64,000 nt of DNA from the NCBI GenBank assembly GCA_022729235.1, contig JALDAJ010000001.1, positions 576,001 through 640,000 of the forward strand, given 5' to 3'. Shown one piece after another: positions 37,802 through 46,786 of this stretch. Within the stretch, counting starts at the first letter, position 1. Each line of letters opens with the position of its first letter. The notes under the pieces were generated by a model. That model saw only the letters and a program-made list of their open reading frames with translations, was not told where the DNA came from and ran no database searches. A program made the translations under genes and the position numbers. The DNA is from Candidatus Nanohalarchaeota archaeon (GTDB taxonomy: Archaea; Nanohalarchaeota; Nanosalinia; Nanosalinales; Nanosalinaceae).

Positions 37802-38866
37802 CTAAAAAGTATAGGTGCCGGGTAATTCAAATATATCCTCCATGCCTCTTCTTTCCTGTTCGCGCCTTATTCTAGCAAGTTCTGCTGCGCCGTATACACC
37901 CGTATCATACTCATTTTTGGCTGTCTTTATCTCTGGTATGAAGAGGGCGTAACCTCCGAGGTGCTCTTTTGCGAGGTCAAGAAGATATGGTTGTTCTAGG
38001 ATGACGGTTCCTCCTGTGGTCAGAAGATTTTCTTCTTCATCGTTTTCCAGAAATAAGTTTATCATGTTTCCGTAGCCGGAGGCATTTATATGTGAAAGCA
38101 CATCTTCAGTGAATTCTTCCACTACTGGCTCTCCCTGATGGTAATGTTCAAAGATGTTGGCCGTGGTGAATTCTCCATCTATCACATATTCTGGATCTTT
38201 GTCTTTGTGTTCACAGTATTTCCGGAAGAATGGCGGTATATTTTGGCCCGATGCGTAGGCCTCCCAGACGTTTCTCTTATCAAAGGTCTCCATACGGAGG
38301 CCTATTTGGGGGTTAACCTGACAATAGCCTAGCTCTGCGCCGCTAGATATTCTATTTCCCTTTATGACTCCGCCGCCGATACCCGTTCCGTGAACAACGT
38401 GAACTAGGTTATCGTAATTTCCTTCTTTCCCGTGTCCATGGGATATTTCACCTATGGCTGCGGTAATGCCGTCGTTCTCAAGGAAGAGAGGGACTCCATC
38501 AACTTCTTTTTCAAGTTCGAGGTCAGGGCTATTCGCTGCTGTCTCAACTGTCCTGTTTTCCCGGGCTTCCTGGTTTAGCGGTCCGGGGCAGCCAATGCCT
38601 ATGCCAGAGAGCTGGTCAGGACCTATATCTTTCTCCTGTGAATATTTCCTAAACGCACTCACTACTGAATCTGATGCTGACTCTGGGCCTGCTACTAATT
38701 CTTCTGTGAGATATTCTCGCGAATCCGGGACAAGTTCTCCTTTAGGTCTCAGGATCCCGAATCTACATGTAGTCCCGCCGAAGTCGATTCCTCCAAAAAA
38801 GTAGCCCTCTGCTTCTGAAGGAGGAGAACCGCGTTTCTGGTTTGTTGTGGTAGAGCTGACTCTCAT
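37802..38866 (-). CDS. ROK-family sugar kinase
   Basis: GIDFGGT, GIGCPGP, LENDG, GTGIGGG, AELG, EAYASG. Confidence 0.88.
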   Translation of the reverse strand: MRVSSTTTNQKRGSPPSEAEGYFFGGIDFGGTTCRFGILRPKGELVPDSREYLTEELVAGPESASDSVVSAFRKYSQEKDIGPDQLSGIGIGCPGPLNQEARENRTVETAANSPDLELEKEVDGVPLFLENDGITAAIGEISHGHGKEGNYDNLVHVVHGTGIGGGVIKGNRISSGAELGYCQVNPQIGLRMETFDKRNVWEAYASGQNIPPFFRKYCEHKDKDPEYVIDGEFTTANIFEHYHQGEPVVEEFTEDVLSHINASGYGNMINLFLENDEEENLLTTGGTVILEQPYLLDLAKEHLGGYALFIPEIKTAKNEYDTGVYGAAELARIRREQERRGMEDIFELPGTYTF

Positions 38867-38997
38867 TTAACCTCATTAACAGATGTGTCGAGGAGCATAT
38901 TTCAACAAATATGTGATGTAGGACATGTATCTAGTCTTTTCAGTAATTTCTATACCATGTAGAGAAAAGCGGACAGCGCTGAAAGACTAATTTGAGA

Positions 38998-39072
38998 TAG
39001 CGGGGCGTGGATTTGAACCACGGGCCTCCGGGTTATGAGCCCGACGAGCACTCCTGGCTGCTCTACCCCGCT
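38998..39072 (-). tRNA. Initiator tRNA-Met(CAU)
   Basis: AGCGGGG...CCCCGCTA with A1-U72; GGG/CCC anticodon stem around CTCATAA. Confidence 0.95.
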
Positions 39073-39161
39073 AAGCTAGTATAGTTTGAAGGGTATGTCA
39101 GTTTTTTAAACCATCTTGATTCGGGCATAAGGATATTATTATCAATGGTTGATTCTAAGGT

Positions 39162-39821
39162 ATGAAGGTTCTAGGAGTTGACGAGGCAGGTAGAGGTCCG
39201 GCGATAGGTTCGATGTTCGTCGGGGGTTTTCTTGTGGAGGAAGAAGATATAGAGAGGTTGGAAGAGCTCGGTGTCAAGGATTCGAAGAAGCTCTCTGACA
39301 GGAAAAGAGAGTCGATTCGCGAAGAATTGGGTGACGTTGGCGACTTCTCTATGCGAGAGGTTACTGCCTCGGAGATTGATGAGCTCCGCGAGGTTATGAA
39401 CCTGAACGAGATAGAGATCAAGGCGTTCGTCGATGTCATATCCAGAACAGATCCAGACAAGGTGATAGTTGATCTTCCGGAGCCGGATGGAGACCGTTTC
39501 ATCAGGAAACTGAAGTCGGAACTACCTTCGGACTTTCAAGACGTGGAGTTCGTGGCGGAGCACGGCGCGGACGACGAGTATCCTGTGGTTTCAGCCGCGT
39601 CGATAGTGGCGAAGAGCGCCCGGGAGGAGCACGTTGAGGAACTGAAGCAGAAGTATGGCTTCGACTTCAAGTCAGGTTACGCGCACGACGAGGAGGTCTC
39701 GCAATTTCTGAGAAAGTACCTGGAAGAGTTTGGAGAACTACCTCCAGAAGCAAGAGAGTCCTGGAAGACCTGTCAGCGCATAGTCAAGGAGTCAGAGCAG
39801 AGGGATCTGGATGAGTTCTGA
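39162..39821 (+). CDS. rnhB: Ribonuclease HII
   Basis: GVDEAGRGP, DSKKL, VSAASIVAK, SGY. Confidence 0.96.
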   Translation: MKVLGVDEAGRGPAIGSMFVGGFLVEEEDIERLEELGVKDSKKLSDRKRESIREELGDVGDFSMREVTASEIDELREVMNLNEIEIKAFVDVISRTDPDKVIVDLPEPDGDRFIRKLKSELPSDFQDVEFVAEHGADDEYPVVSAASIVAKSAREEHVEELKQKYGFDFKSGYAHDEEVSQFLRKYLEEFGELPPEARESWKTCQRIVKESEQRDLDEF

Positions 39822-39862
39822 GAGGCTCACAAATATATATTTTATTACTAGTAAATAGTTAC

Positions 39863-40531
39863 ATGTCTCAGGTCGTCGAGAAAGGTAACTTATGCTCCCA
39901 GCTTGAACCACGGGAGACTACTGTAGAGGAGTTGTTCGAGTCTATACAGGATGATCCTGTGGCGAGTGAGAGGGACTTTGTCGAGCTGTTTTACGACCGT
40001 AGTTATTCACCTCCCGAAGAAGGTATTCTTGATGAGAAGGGTTATGACTTTGATGATAATGAAAAAGTGGTATATATCTCTCCAGAACACGTTTCAGAAG
40101 GGGTAGGTAAGAGTCCAATGGCGATACTCACCTTCCTGAGAGATAGGGAGCCTGTGCCGTATACCCCGAAGTGGTTCGGTTACAGTCGTGTTGACACAGA
40201 AAAGGACGATGAGGAACTATCCGCAGACTATCACGCGGCATGTAGAGGAAAGAAATACGGTCCACTGGTACCTCTTGCAGGACTGTCGCTTGCGGGCGGA
40301 CCTTCCGAAAGCGCGGTCTTCTATGAACTCCTGAACACGGAACTGATCAGGAAGACCATGCTTGGAATAGGCGCACTGGTTGCCGTTGGAGGTATCATAG
40401 GGTGGCGGTATGAATCTGGGCGTTGCGATGCACTGGAGCCGGAGATGTACAAGAGGAGAGCCGAAGAACTTGTCAACCGCTTCGGAGACTACGGGATAGA
40501 TGAACGGGAACTTAGCCTGGACGAGTTCTAG
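39863..40531 (+). CDS. Hypothetical membrane-anchored protein
   Basis: 222 aa with a C-proximal TM segment. Confidence 0.6.
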   Translation: MSQVVEKGNLCSQLEPRETTVEELFESIQDDPVASERDFVELFYDRSYSPPEEGILDEKGYDFDDNEKVVYISPEHVSEGVGKSPMAILTFLRDREPVPYTPKWFGYSRVDTEKDDEELSADYHAACRGKKYGPLVPLAGLSLAGGPSESAVFYELLNTELIRKTMLGIGALVAVGGIIGWRYESGRCDALEPEMYKRRAEELVNRFGDYGIDERELSLDEF

Positions 40532-40566
40532 CCAAGTTTAAAAGCTTCATACTGCTTTCTCTTGAT

Positions 40567-41112
40567 ATGATAACAGGAAAACTTGCAGAGTCCCGCGTAA
40601 GAATCGTTGACGAGGAGGATGCGGAAGAAGTTCATGATGAGTACTACTACGGAAAGTTTCAGGACGAGGAGGAAACAGTTCTTGAGCTTTCGCTTGTTGA
40701 GGCGCTGCACCTGGTTGACCGTGACGTGATAGAGGTAGAAGATAGTGGAGAAACTCTCTCACGTGAGACTCTCTACGATCACTGCATCGAAGTTGACGAC
40801 GAGTTCGACCAGAAATACAAGGTGTACGACGATTTAAGGGATAGAGGCTACATCGTGAAGAGCGGTTTCAAGTTCGGTGCGCACTTCCGCGTCTACCCTG
40901 AGGGTGTGAACCCGTATAAGGAAGGACCGAAGAGTCAGAGAGAACACACACAGTGGGTGGTACACGCTGTTCCCGAGGACTACACGCTCAGTTTCCAGGA
41001 GATGTCCCGTGCAGTAAGGCTGGCGCACAACATCCGCGCCACCATGTTATGGGGTATCGTCGACTCGGAAGGCGGAGTCACGTACTACGAAGTCGAAAGA
41101 GCTACTCCTTAG
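40567..41112 (+). CDS. endA: tRNA-splicing endonuclease (single-unit size)
   Basis: LSLVEALHL, VYDDLRDRGY, KSGFKFGAHFRVY, VRLAH. Confidence 0.93.
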   Translation: MITGKLAESRVRIVDEEDAEEVHDEYYYGKFQDEEETVLELSLVEALHLVDRDVIEVEDSGETLSRETLYDHCIEVDDEFDQKYKVYDDLRDRGYIVKSGFKFGAHFRVYPEGVNPYKEGPKSQREHTQWVVHAVPEDYTLSFQEMSRAVRLAHNIRATMLWGIVDSEGGVTYYEVERATP

Positions 41113-41701
41113 AATTTTTGTCTTCTTTCTCAGGAAATCCAAGTGGTTGCTGGTCTAAGTCAGATACGTATTTCCTCTTACTACCTCTTTCATGAATACC
41201 CAATCCTTCAGGTTCTTTTAATCCTGCTCTTCCTATAGAGGGCGGGATTGCATGGACACGGAGTTCTCCGGGGAATAGCTCTCTTACTTCTTCATCGCCT
41301 ATCAGGGTTACTGTGCCTTTGTGTTCCTCAAATCCGAGCCAGCCTGTCCAGCTTTTGGGCTCTCCTCCGTATTGCTGGAAATTCATGTAGTAAACTGTTG
41401 TCTCGTTGGGGCTGTGTACTGCAGGTTTTAGATTCCAGTCATCGGGTAAAACTATATCTGCGGCGGAGGGATCAACAAGTAGATCCGCGCGTCTGCTGCA
41501 GTAATCCTTGTTTCCAAGCGAGGGCGACCTCGTAGTTGGAAGTGAATTACCGTAGAACTGGTCAAATGTTTCATAATCCTCTGGTACTGCGTAACCGTTA
41601 CCATCTCCTATGGACATGAATGTCCCATAATCGCCTGTTTGAGAATCATCATGAGTTGAGAGAAGTTCGTCCATTTCATCTGGACAGTCCATTGGATACA
41701 T
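41102..41701 (-). CDS. Hypothetical protein
   Basis: 199-aa orphan ORF. Confidence 0.55.
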   Translation of the reverse strand: MYPMDCPDEMDELLSTHDDSQTGDYGTFMSIGDGNGYAVPEDYETFDQFYGNSLPTTRSPSLGNKDYCSRRADLLVDPSAADIVLPDDWNLKPAVHSPNETTVYYMNFQQYGGEPKSWTGWLGFEEHKGTVTLIGDEEVRELFPGELRVHAIPPSIGRAGLKEPEGLGIHERGSKRKYVSDLDQQPLGFPEKEDKNSKE

Positions 41702-41728
41702 TGTTTGAAGTGAGTAATAAAAATGTTG

Positions 41729-42694
41729 TTAATATCCGAGCAAGTCCAGAACTCCCTGTCTGGGCTGATGTTTTTCTCTTAGTTTCTTTCCGTACCATAC
41801 GCCTAGTATGAGTCCTGTCAGGTGGGCTGAGCTCGCAAAATTCCCGATCACGGGCAGTGTTATGCCTACCATCTTTGTCAGCAGGTTGAATGTCTCTATT
41901 GATCCGAAAGCGTATAGTGCAGTCTTTATCTTCATAGGTATCACGAAGAAGAGCAGTACTTCGGCACGCGGGTACAGTACGGCGACGGCTGCGAACACAG
42001 CTACTACGGCGCCCGAAGCACCTACGATAGGTGGTAGTGTGACTGCGCCCCCGACTGCAGGTCCGTAGACCTGGAACAGTAAGTTCCGGAAAAGTACCAC
42101 TGCTATACTGGCTGCGAGCCCTGCTGCTACGTAGAACTTCAGTAAACGTTTCGCACCTATCATCCTTTCCAGCGGTGTGCCGAAGAAGTAGAAGGTTATC
42201 ATGTTCGCGAAGATGTGGAATCCTCCTCCGTGAACCAGCATAACTGTGGCGAGAGCCCACGGCGATTCGAGAAGAGTCTTTGTCAGTAGCTCCGAGGAAT
42301 AGCCCATCTCTGCCGCAGCCATGTTGGTCGCCTCCACTGCGCCAGTAGTAAGTGCGGGGGACAGGGTCAGGAAGTCTTTGAACGCGGGCGACGCCTCGTG
42401 AAGAAGGAATGCGGCTACTGTTACACCTATGATGGCTAACGTGGTACTGCTTGTTAAGGCGTCAATCGCGTCTCTGAATATGGACTGGTGTTTAACCTTT
42501 CGAGGTTTAAGCTCACCTCTCACCTCTTTCTCCTCAAACCATTTCTGCGTCTCCTCCCGCTCCTCTTCAACTCCTTCCTCAAGACTGTCACAGTCATGGT
42601 TCTCGGGTAATCTGTGTGAGGAGCAGAACTTCTTCCCGCAGTACTTGCAGGTGAATGCCATCGACTCGTCTCCGCATTTTGAGCACTCGGCCAT
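41729..42694 (-). CDS. Rhomboid protease with N-terminal AN1-type zinc finger
   Basis: CKYCGKKFCSSHRLPENHDC; HIFANM, GASG, AHLTG; start reassigned to MAECS at 42694. Confidence 0.93.
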   Translation of the reverse strand: MAECSKCGDESMAFTCKYCGKKFCSSHRLPENHDCDSLEEGVEEEREETQKWFEEKEVRGELKPRKVKHQSIFRDAIDALTSSTTLAIIGVTVAAFLLHEASPAFKDFLTLSPALTTGAVEATNMAAAEMGYSSELLTKTLLESPWALATVMLVHGGGFHIFANMITFYFFGTPLERMIGAKRLLKFYVAAGLAASIAVVLFRNLLFQVYGPAVGGAVTLPPIVGASGAVVAVFAAVAVLYPRAEVLLFFVIPMKIKTALYAFGSIETFNLLTKMVGITLPVIGNFASSAHLTGLILGVWYGKKLREKHQPRQGVLDLLGY

Positions 42695-42769
42695 GGAAGA
42701 ACCTGCGGTACCGCTCTTTATCAAATTGTTATCGGTACAGCCTAACTTTCTCTGCGTCCGATTCACCGC

Positions 42770-44512
42770 TCAAAATTCTTTGAGGTCGTTTCCGTCCATG
42801 AAACCTTTGAGGCTCTTCTCTAACTCTTCAACATTTACTCTTACCTGTTCAGTGGAGTCCCTGTCCCGGAGAGTCACGGTCCCGTCTTCCAGGGTCTGGT
42901 GGTCCACGGTCGCGCATATCGGCGTACCGATCTCGTCCTGCCGCCTGTAACGGCGACCGATAGCGCCTGAATCATCATACTTCACGGAGAAACCGCTTTC
43001 TCTTAGGCTCCTGGCGACTTTTCGTGCGCGCTCTCCCATCCCGTCCTTATCCATCAATGGGAATACAGCCACTTCTACAGGTGCGACTTCCGCGGGTAAG
43101 CGGAGAACGGTTCTCTCCTCTCCATCTACTTCGTCTTCCTCAAGGTTATGCGCTAGAACCGTGTAGAGTATTCGGTCGACACCGAACGACGGTTCTACAG
43201 TTTCAGGCATGATATGTTCTCCGGTCTCCTCAACTTCTTTTCGTGTAAATCCTGTTTTCTCCACGGGAACATTTACAGTCTCGCCATCGATTTCCAAGCT
43301 GATGCTTTCCTGCTCCTCGAACCTCTCCGGTTCTTCCTCCGCGATTCTCCCGAGTTCGTCCGCGATATCTGAGGCGCGGTCACCGTATTCAGGTCCAAGG
43401 ACGCTCATGTCTGGACTGACGGTTGCTTTCTCCACGGTCTTGGGCTCGTCGTATGGCTTGAAAACAGTGAAGTCTTCGCCCGAGTGCTCCTGGTGCTTCT
43501 TGAGGTCGTAGCATCCTCTGTACGCGAAACCTGTGATTTCAATCCAGTCACCTCCGACTTCAGATTCGGCGTCCCAGCAGTCGCTCGCGTAGTGCGACCT
43601 CTCGTCCTCCAGGTGCTGCCGGAACCTGAACCGGTCCATATCGATACCTATCCGCTCGTACCACTTCTTTGAGATACCGAGATAGTATGCTATCCAGTCG
43701 CTCGCGACCACGCCGTTTTCGACTGCTTCCGCCACGGTCATCTCGAGTACTTCTCCGCCGTCTTTATCCTGCTCGTTGATAGGGTAAAGGCGGAGCTCGA
43801 CGTCTTCCACGTCCTCCATTTCCGGTTCGTCTTTTTCTGGATCGATAAAGAACTCCAGCTCTGCCTGCGTGAACTCTCTGACGCGGACAATCGATTTCCG
43901 CGGTGATATCTCGTTCCTGTAAGCCTTTCCTATCTGTGTAACCCCGAACGGCAGCTGGTTGCGGGCGTATTCTTTCCACTGAGGGAACTCGACGAAGATT
44001 CCCTGAGCTGTTTCAGGTCGTAAGTAGCCGGGTGAGGAATCTCCTGGACCGATGTTTGTGCCGAACATCAGGTTGAAATCGTCGACTTCCACGTCTGCCA
44101 GTTCCTCGCCGCAGTTCGGACACTGGAGGCTGTTTTCTTCGATTATCTCCATTATCCTATCGGTGGAGAAGCTCTCCGCCTCCTCGATATCCGTGTTATC
44201 CTCGACCAGATGGTCTGCCCTGATGGATTCGCCGCACTCGGGGCATTCTATTATCATGTCGTCGAAGGTCTCAAGGTGCCCGGATGCCTCGAACACGTCT
44301 TCAGGCATGATTGTCGGTGCTTCTATCTCCATGTTGCCTTCCTGGTAGGTGAACCGGTCTCTCCATACATCCTCCAGGTTTCTCTTCAAGGCGGTACCGT
44401 GGGGTCCGAACGTGTAGAAACCGGCTGTACCTCCGTAAATCTCATTGGAGGGAATAAAAAATCCGCGTCTCTTCGCCAGTTCTTTCAGGCTCTGTGTGGT
44501 ATTCTGGGTCAC
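42770..44512 (-). CDS. glyS: Glycyl-tRNA synthetase (alpha2 type)
   Basis: RRGF, YLRPETAQG, RNEISPR, REFTQAE, EPSFGVDR, GRRYRRQDEIG; start GTG 44512 after SD GAGGTG. Confidence 0.97.
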   Translation of the reverse strand: MTQNTTQSLKELAKRRGFFIPSNEIYGGTAGFYTFGPHGTALKRNLEDVWRDRFTYQEGNMEIEAPTIMPEDVFEASGHLETFDDMIIECPECGESIRADHLVEDNTDIEEAESFSTDRIMEIIEENSLQCPNCGEELADVEVDDFNLMFGTNIGPGDSSPGYLRPETAQGIFVEFPQWKEYARNQLPFGVTQIGKAYRNEISPRKSIVRVREFTQAELEFFIDPEKDEPEMEDVEDVELRLYPINEQDKDGGEVLEMTVAEAVENGVVASDWIAYYLGISKKWYERIGIDMDRFRFRQHLEDERSHYASDCWDAESEVGGDWIEITGFAYRGCYDLKKHQEHSGEDFTVFKPYDEPKTVEKATVSPDMSVLGPEYGDRASDIADELGRIAEEEPERFEEQESISLEIDGETVNVPVEKTGFTRKEVEETGEHIMPETVEPSFGVDRILYTVLAHNLEEDEVDGEERTVLRLPAEVAPVEVAVFPLMDKDGMGERARKVARSLRESGFSVKYDDSGAIGRRYRRQDEIGTPICATVDHQTLEDGTVTLRDRDSTEQVRVNVEELEKSLKGFMDGNDLKEF

Positions 44513-44674
44513 TTTTGACACCTCTGGAAAAGTTGTCGATTAGAAGCCTTAAAAACCGACAGGACGAAAGAGCTAGAACTGGTTAAAGGGTTATTCGAAA
44601 CACGTGAAGTGTTTCTCAACGCAACTTCCTGGAGAAAGCTGCGAGAGTCCAAAGTAGCCACCCTTGATTGACAT
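44509..44674 (-). promoter_or_regulatory. glyS leader ORF MSIKGGYFG... with putative +1 frameshift cassette
   Basis: ATG TCA ATC AAG GGT GGC TAC TTT GGA; 0-frame stop 44591; +1 frame open to TGA overlapping glyS GTG. Confidence 0.75.
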
Positions 44675-44739
44675 AGATATCACAGTTGGTTCTGCTCGTG
44701 GAAAGCTTAAAAACCGTCCGAGTATTACGATGTAATATA

Positions 44740-45927
44740 ATGCCGGGTTCTGGAATGAAGAGTTTGGAAGATGCAGAGTTGGAAGGTAAAAGCGTGGTTC
44801 TCAGGACTGATCTAAACCTTCCTGTCGAGGACGGCGAGCCGCAGAAGACGGTCCGGTTTGAACGCTACATTGAAACAGTGAAGGAGCTCAGTGACGAAGG
44901 TGCGAGGACGATGGTAATCGCGCACCAGGGGAGACCGGCGAGGAAGGATTTCATGTCGCTGGAAAGACACGCAGAACTGATGTCGGAAGAGCTAGGGCAG
45001 GACGTTAACTTCGTACGGAGCTTCTTCGGACCGGAGCTTGGAGATGCAGTCGCCTCGATGGAGGACGGCGATGTAGTACTGCTTGAAAACATACGTTTCC
45101 TCTCCGAGGAGCTTCAAAACTTGCCCTCCGAGAGGCATTCTGATGATTATTTTATTGAGAATCTCTCCAGGTACTTCGATATTTTTGTAGACGATGCGTT
45201 CTCTGCATCACACCGCTCCCACGGATCGATAGTTGGATTCGTACCGCGCCTCGAATCCTATGCAGGACCTGTTATGCAGCGTGAACTGGAGAACTGTGGC
45301 AGGGTAAGAGATGAGCTTGACAATCCGTTGCTGGTTCTAGGAGGGGAGAAACCTTCCGATTTGATAGGTATGATGGAGCAGGTAATTGACCGGGCTGAGA
45401 AAGTACTGCTGGGCGGTATCCCTGGCGAACTTGCACTCAAGCTCCAGGGAAACGATCTCGGCGGGAAATCCGAGTGGATAGAGGAGCAGGGCTTTGACGG
45501 TAAGAGCAAGGAGCTTCAAAGAATCATCGAAGAACACGAGGAAAAGATAGTTCTGCCTGTAGATGTCAGAACGGACTCAGGTAACCACAAGATCGGTGAA
45601 GTCCCGGAAGGAGAGATGACATGGGATATCGGAGAGGAGACGCGGGAAAGGTTCGTGGAAGAGATAGGTGACGCGGAATCGATTGTCATGAAAGGTCCTA
45701 TGGGTGCGTTCGAGGATTATCCTGAGGGCACGCGAGCGGTAATCGATGCGATAGCAGAAAACGATGGCTTTACAGTACTCGGCGGAGGACACACATCTTC
45801 ACTTATACACCGATTCGGTCATGACCTCGACGAGTTCACACACGTCTCCATCGCGGGCGGAGCATTTGTCCGGTACATGAGCGGGGAAGAACTGCCCGCG
45901 GTCGAAGCGCTCAGGGAGTATTCTTAG
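44740..45927 (+). CDS. pgk: Phosphoglycerate kinase
   Basis: RTDLNLP, AHQGRP, LLENIRF, DAFSASHRSHGS, GGGHT, HVSIAGGA; start 44740 or 44755. Confidence 0.95.
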   Translation: MPGSGMKSLEDAELEGKSVVLRTDLNLPVEDGEPQKTVRFERYIETVKELSDEGARTMVIAHQGRPARKDFMSLERHAELMSEELGQDVNFVRSFFGPELGDAVASMEDGDVVLLENIRFLSEELQNLPSERHSDDYFIENLSRYFDIFVDDAFSASHRSHGSIVGFVPRLESYAGPVMQRELENCGRVRDELDNPLLVLGGEKPSDLIGMMEQVIDRAEKVLLGGIPGELALKLQGNDLGGKSEWIEEQGFDGKSKELQRIIEEHEEKIVLPVDVRTDSGNHKIGEVPEGEMTWDIGEETRERFVEEIGDAESIVMKGPMGAFEDYPEGTRAVIDAIAENDGFTVLGGGHTSSLIHRFGHDLDEFTHVSIAGGAFVRYMSGEELPAVEALREYS

Positions 45928-45985
45928 GGTCCGGATGTTGCTGACTGTCGAAATATACTTAACGCAGACTTCACAATAATGACGT

Positions 45986-46152
45986 ATGCAGCAAGGTGGC
46001 TGTTTTTGGACTTTTGCATCTGAATGATTTAGACAGCAGTATTTCTATTCCGGGTGGATGTTTTTGGGCCATCTAGTCTTCTAAAGGACAGGTTACGCTT
46101 TTCCCTGAACTATCTCAGAATCTGCTCAGTAAGGGAGCTTTCATGGCTTTAA
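45986..46152 (+). promoter_or_regulatory. Tandem Trp leader with two GGCFW cassettes chained by +1 frames
   Basis: MQQGGCFWTFASE*; its +1 frame reads ...SISIPGGCFWAI*. Confidence 0.7.
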
Positions 46153-46294
46153 TCAATTAAATCGGTTTTTATACACTTCAACATATTTTCTAAGTCTTTT
46201 AGATAGAAATAGTCATTATTCTATCTTTTTAGACTCTAAAAACCTCTAAAAGCTATTTAAAAGTTTTCTAACAACTGGAAAACACGTGATTAAA

Positions 46295-46369
46295 ATGACA
46301 AACGACACACAAGACGAAACACAGGCAGAAGCCCGACAGGGGGGATGTTTTTGGAGAACAAAATCTTGA
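46295..46369 (+). promoter_or_regulatory. Trp leader ORF MTNDTQDETQAEARQGGCFWRTKS*
   Basis: CAG GGG GGA TGT TTT TGG; TTTAAA box at about 46256. Confidence 0.7.
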
Positions 46370-46389
46370 AGAAGTTGTAAAGGGGGGCA

Positions 46390-46725
46390 TTGCTGGAGCA
46401 GGGTAGAGAAAGGGCTGTTTCGGTAATTGATAACTGTCTAACGATTGATGTAGACTCTTTCGATGAGGAAGTCTATTCAGAGGTTTTTGAGGTGCTGTTT
46501 TCTCCTGAAGAAGGATATCTAAGAGATGTTCCAGAGGACTTCCAATTCCGGCTCAGAAAAATATCGAGGTTCACTGTCGGCTGGGGTACGGAGTACTCGG
46601 AAACATATTCCAATGAACTAACTGGCCGTGATATCCGGGAGATGCAGAGGAAGGCGGTTGAAGAATCGTACACAGTTGGCTATTCCTCTGAAAAGTTCAT
46701 CGAACTGTACGAGGAGGTGATGTAG
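46390..46725 (+). CDS. Hypothetical protein upstream of trpS; true N-terminus uncertain
   Basis: Acidic ORF with TTG start; would continue the leader +1 frame if G6 at 46382-46387 were G5. Confidence 0.6.
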   Translation: MLEQGRERAVSVIDNCLTIDVDSFDEEVYSEVFEVLFSPEEGYLRDVPEDFQFRLRKISRFTVGWGTEYSETYSNELTGRDIREMQRKAVEESYTVGYSSEKFIELYEEVM

Positions 46726-46786
46726 TATCGCGGTAAGTGAGAAAGATTCCACCGGATATAAGAGCGCTAGGGAGGAATGATTAACC

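Noticed and set aside
45986-46369. GGCFW repeats as MsrA pseudogene fragments or double-glycine RiPP precursors
   Set aside because: No other MsrA sequence and no peptidase/transporter nearby. The parallel GGYFG and GGRFF leaders at glyS and pheS explain them better.
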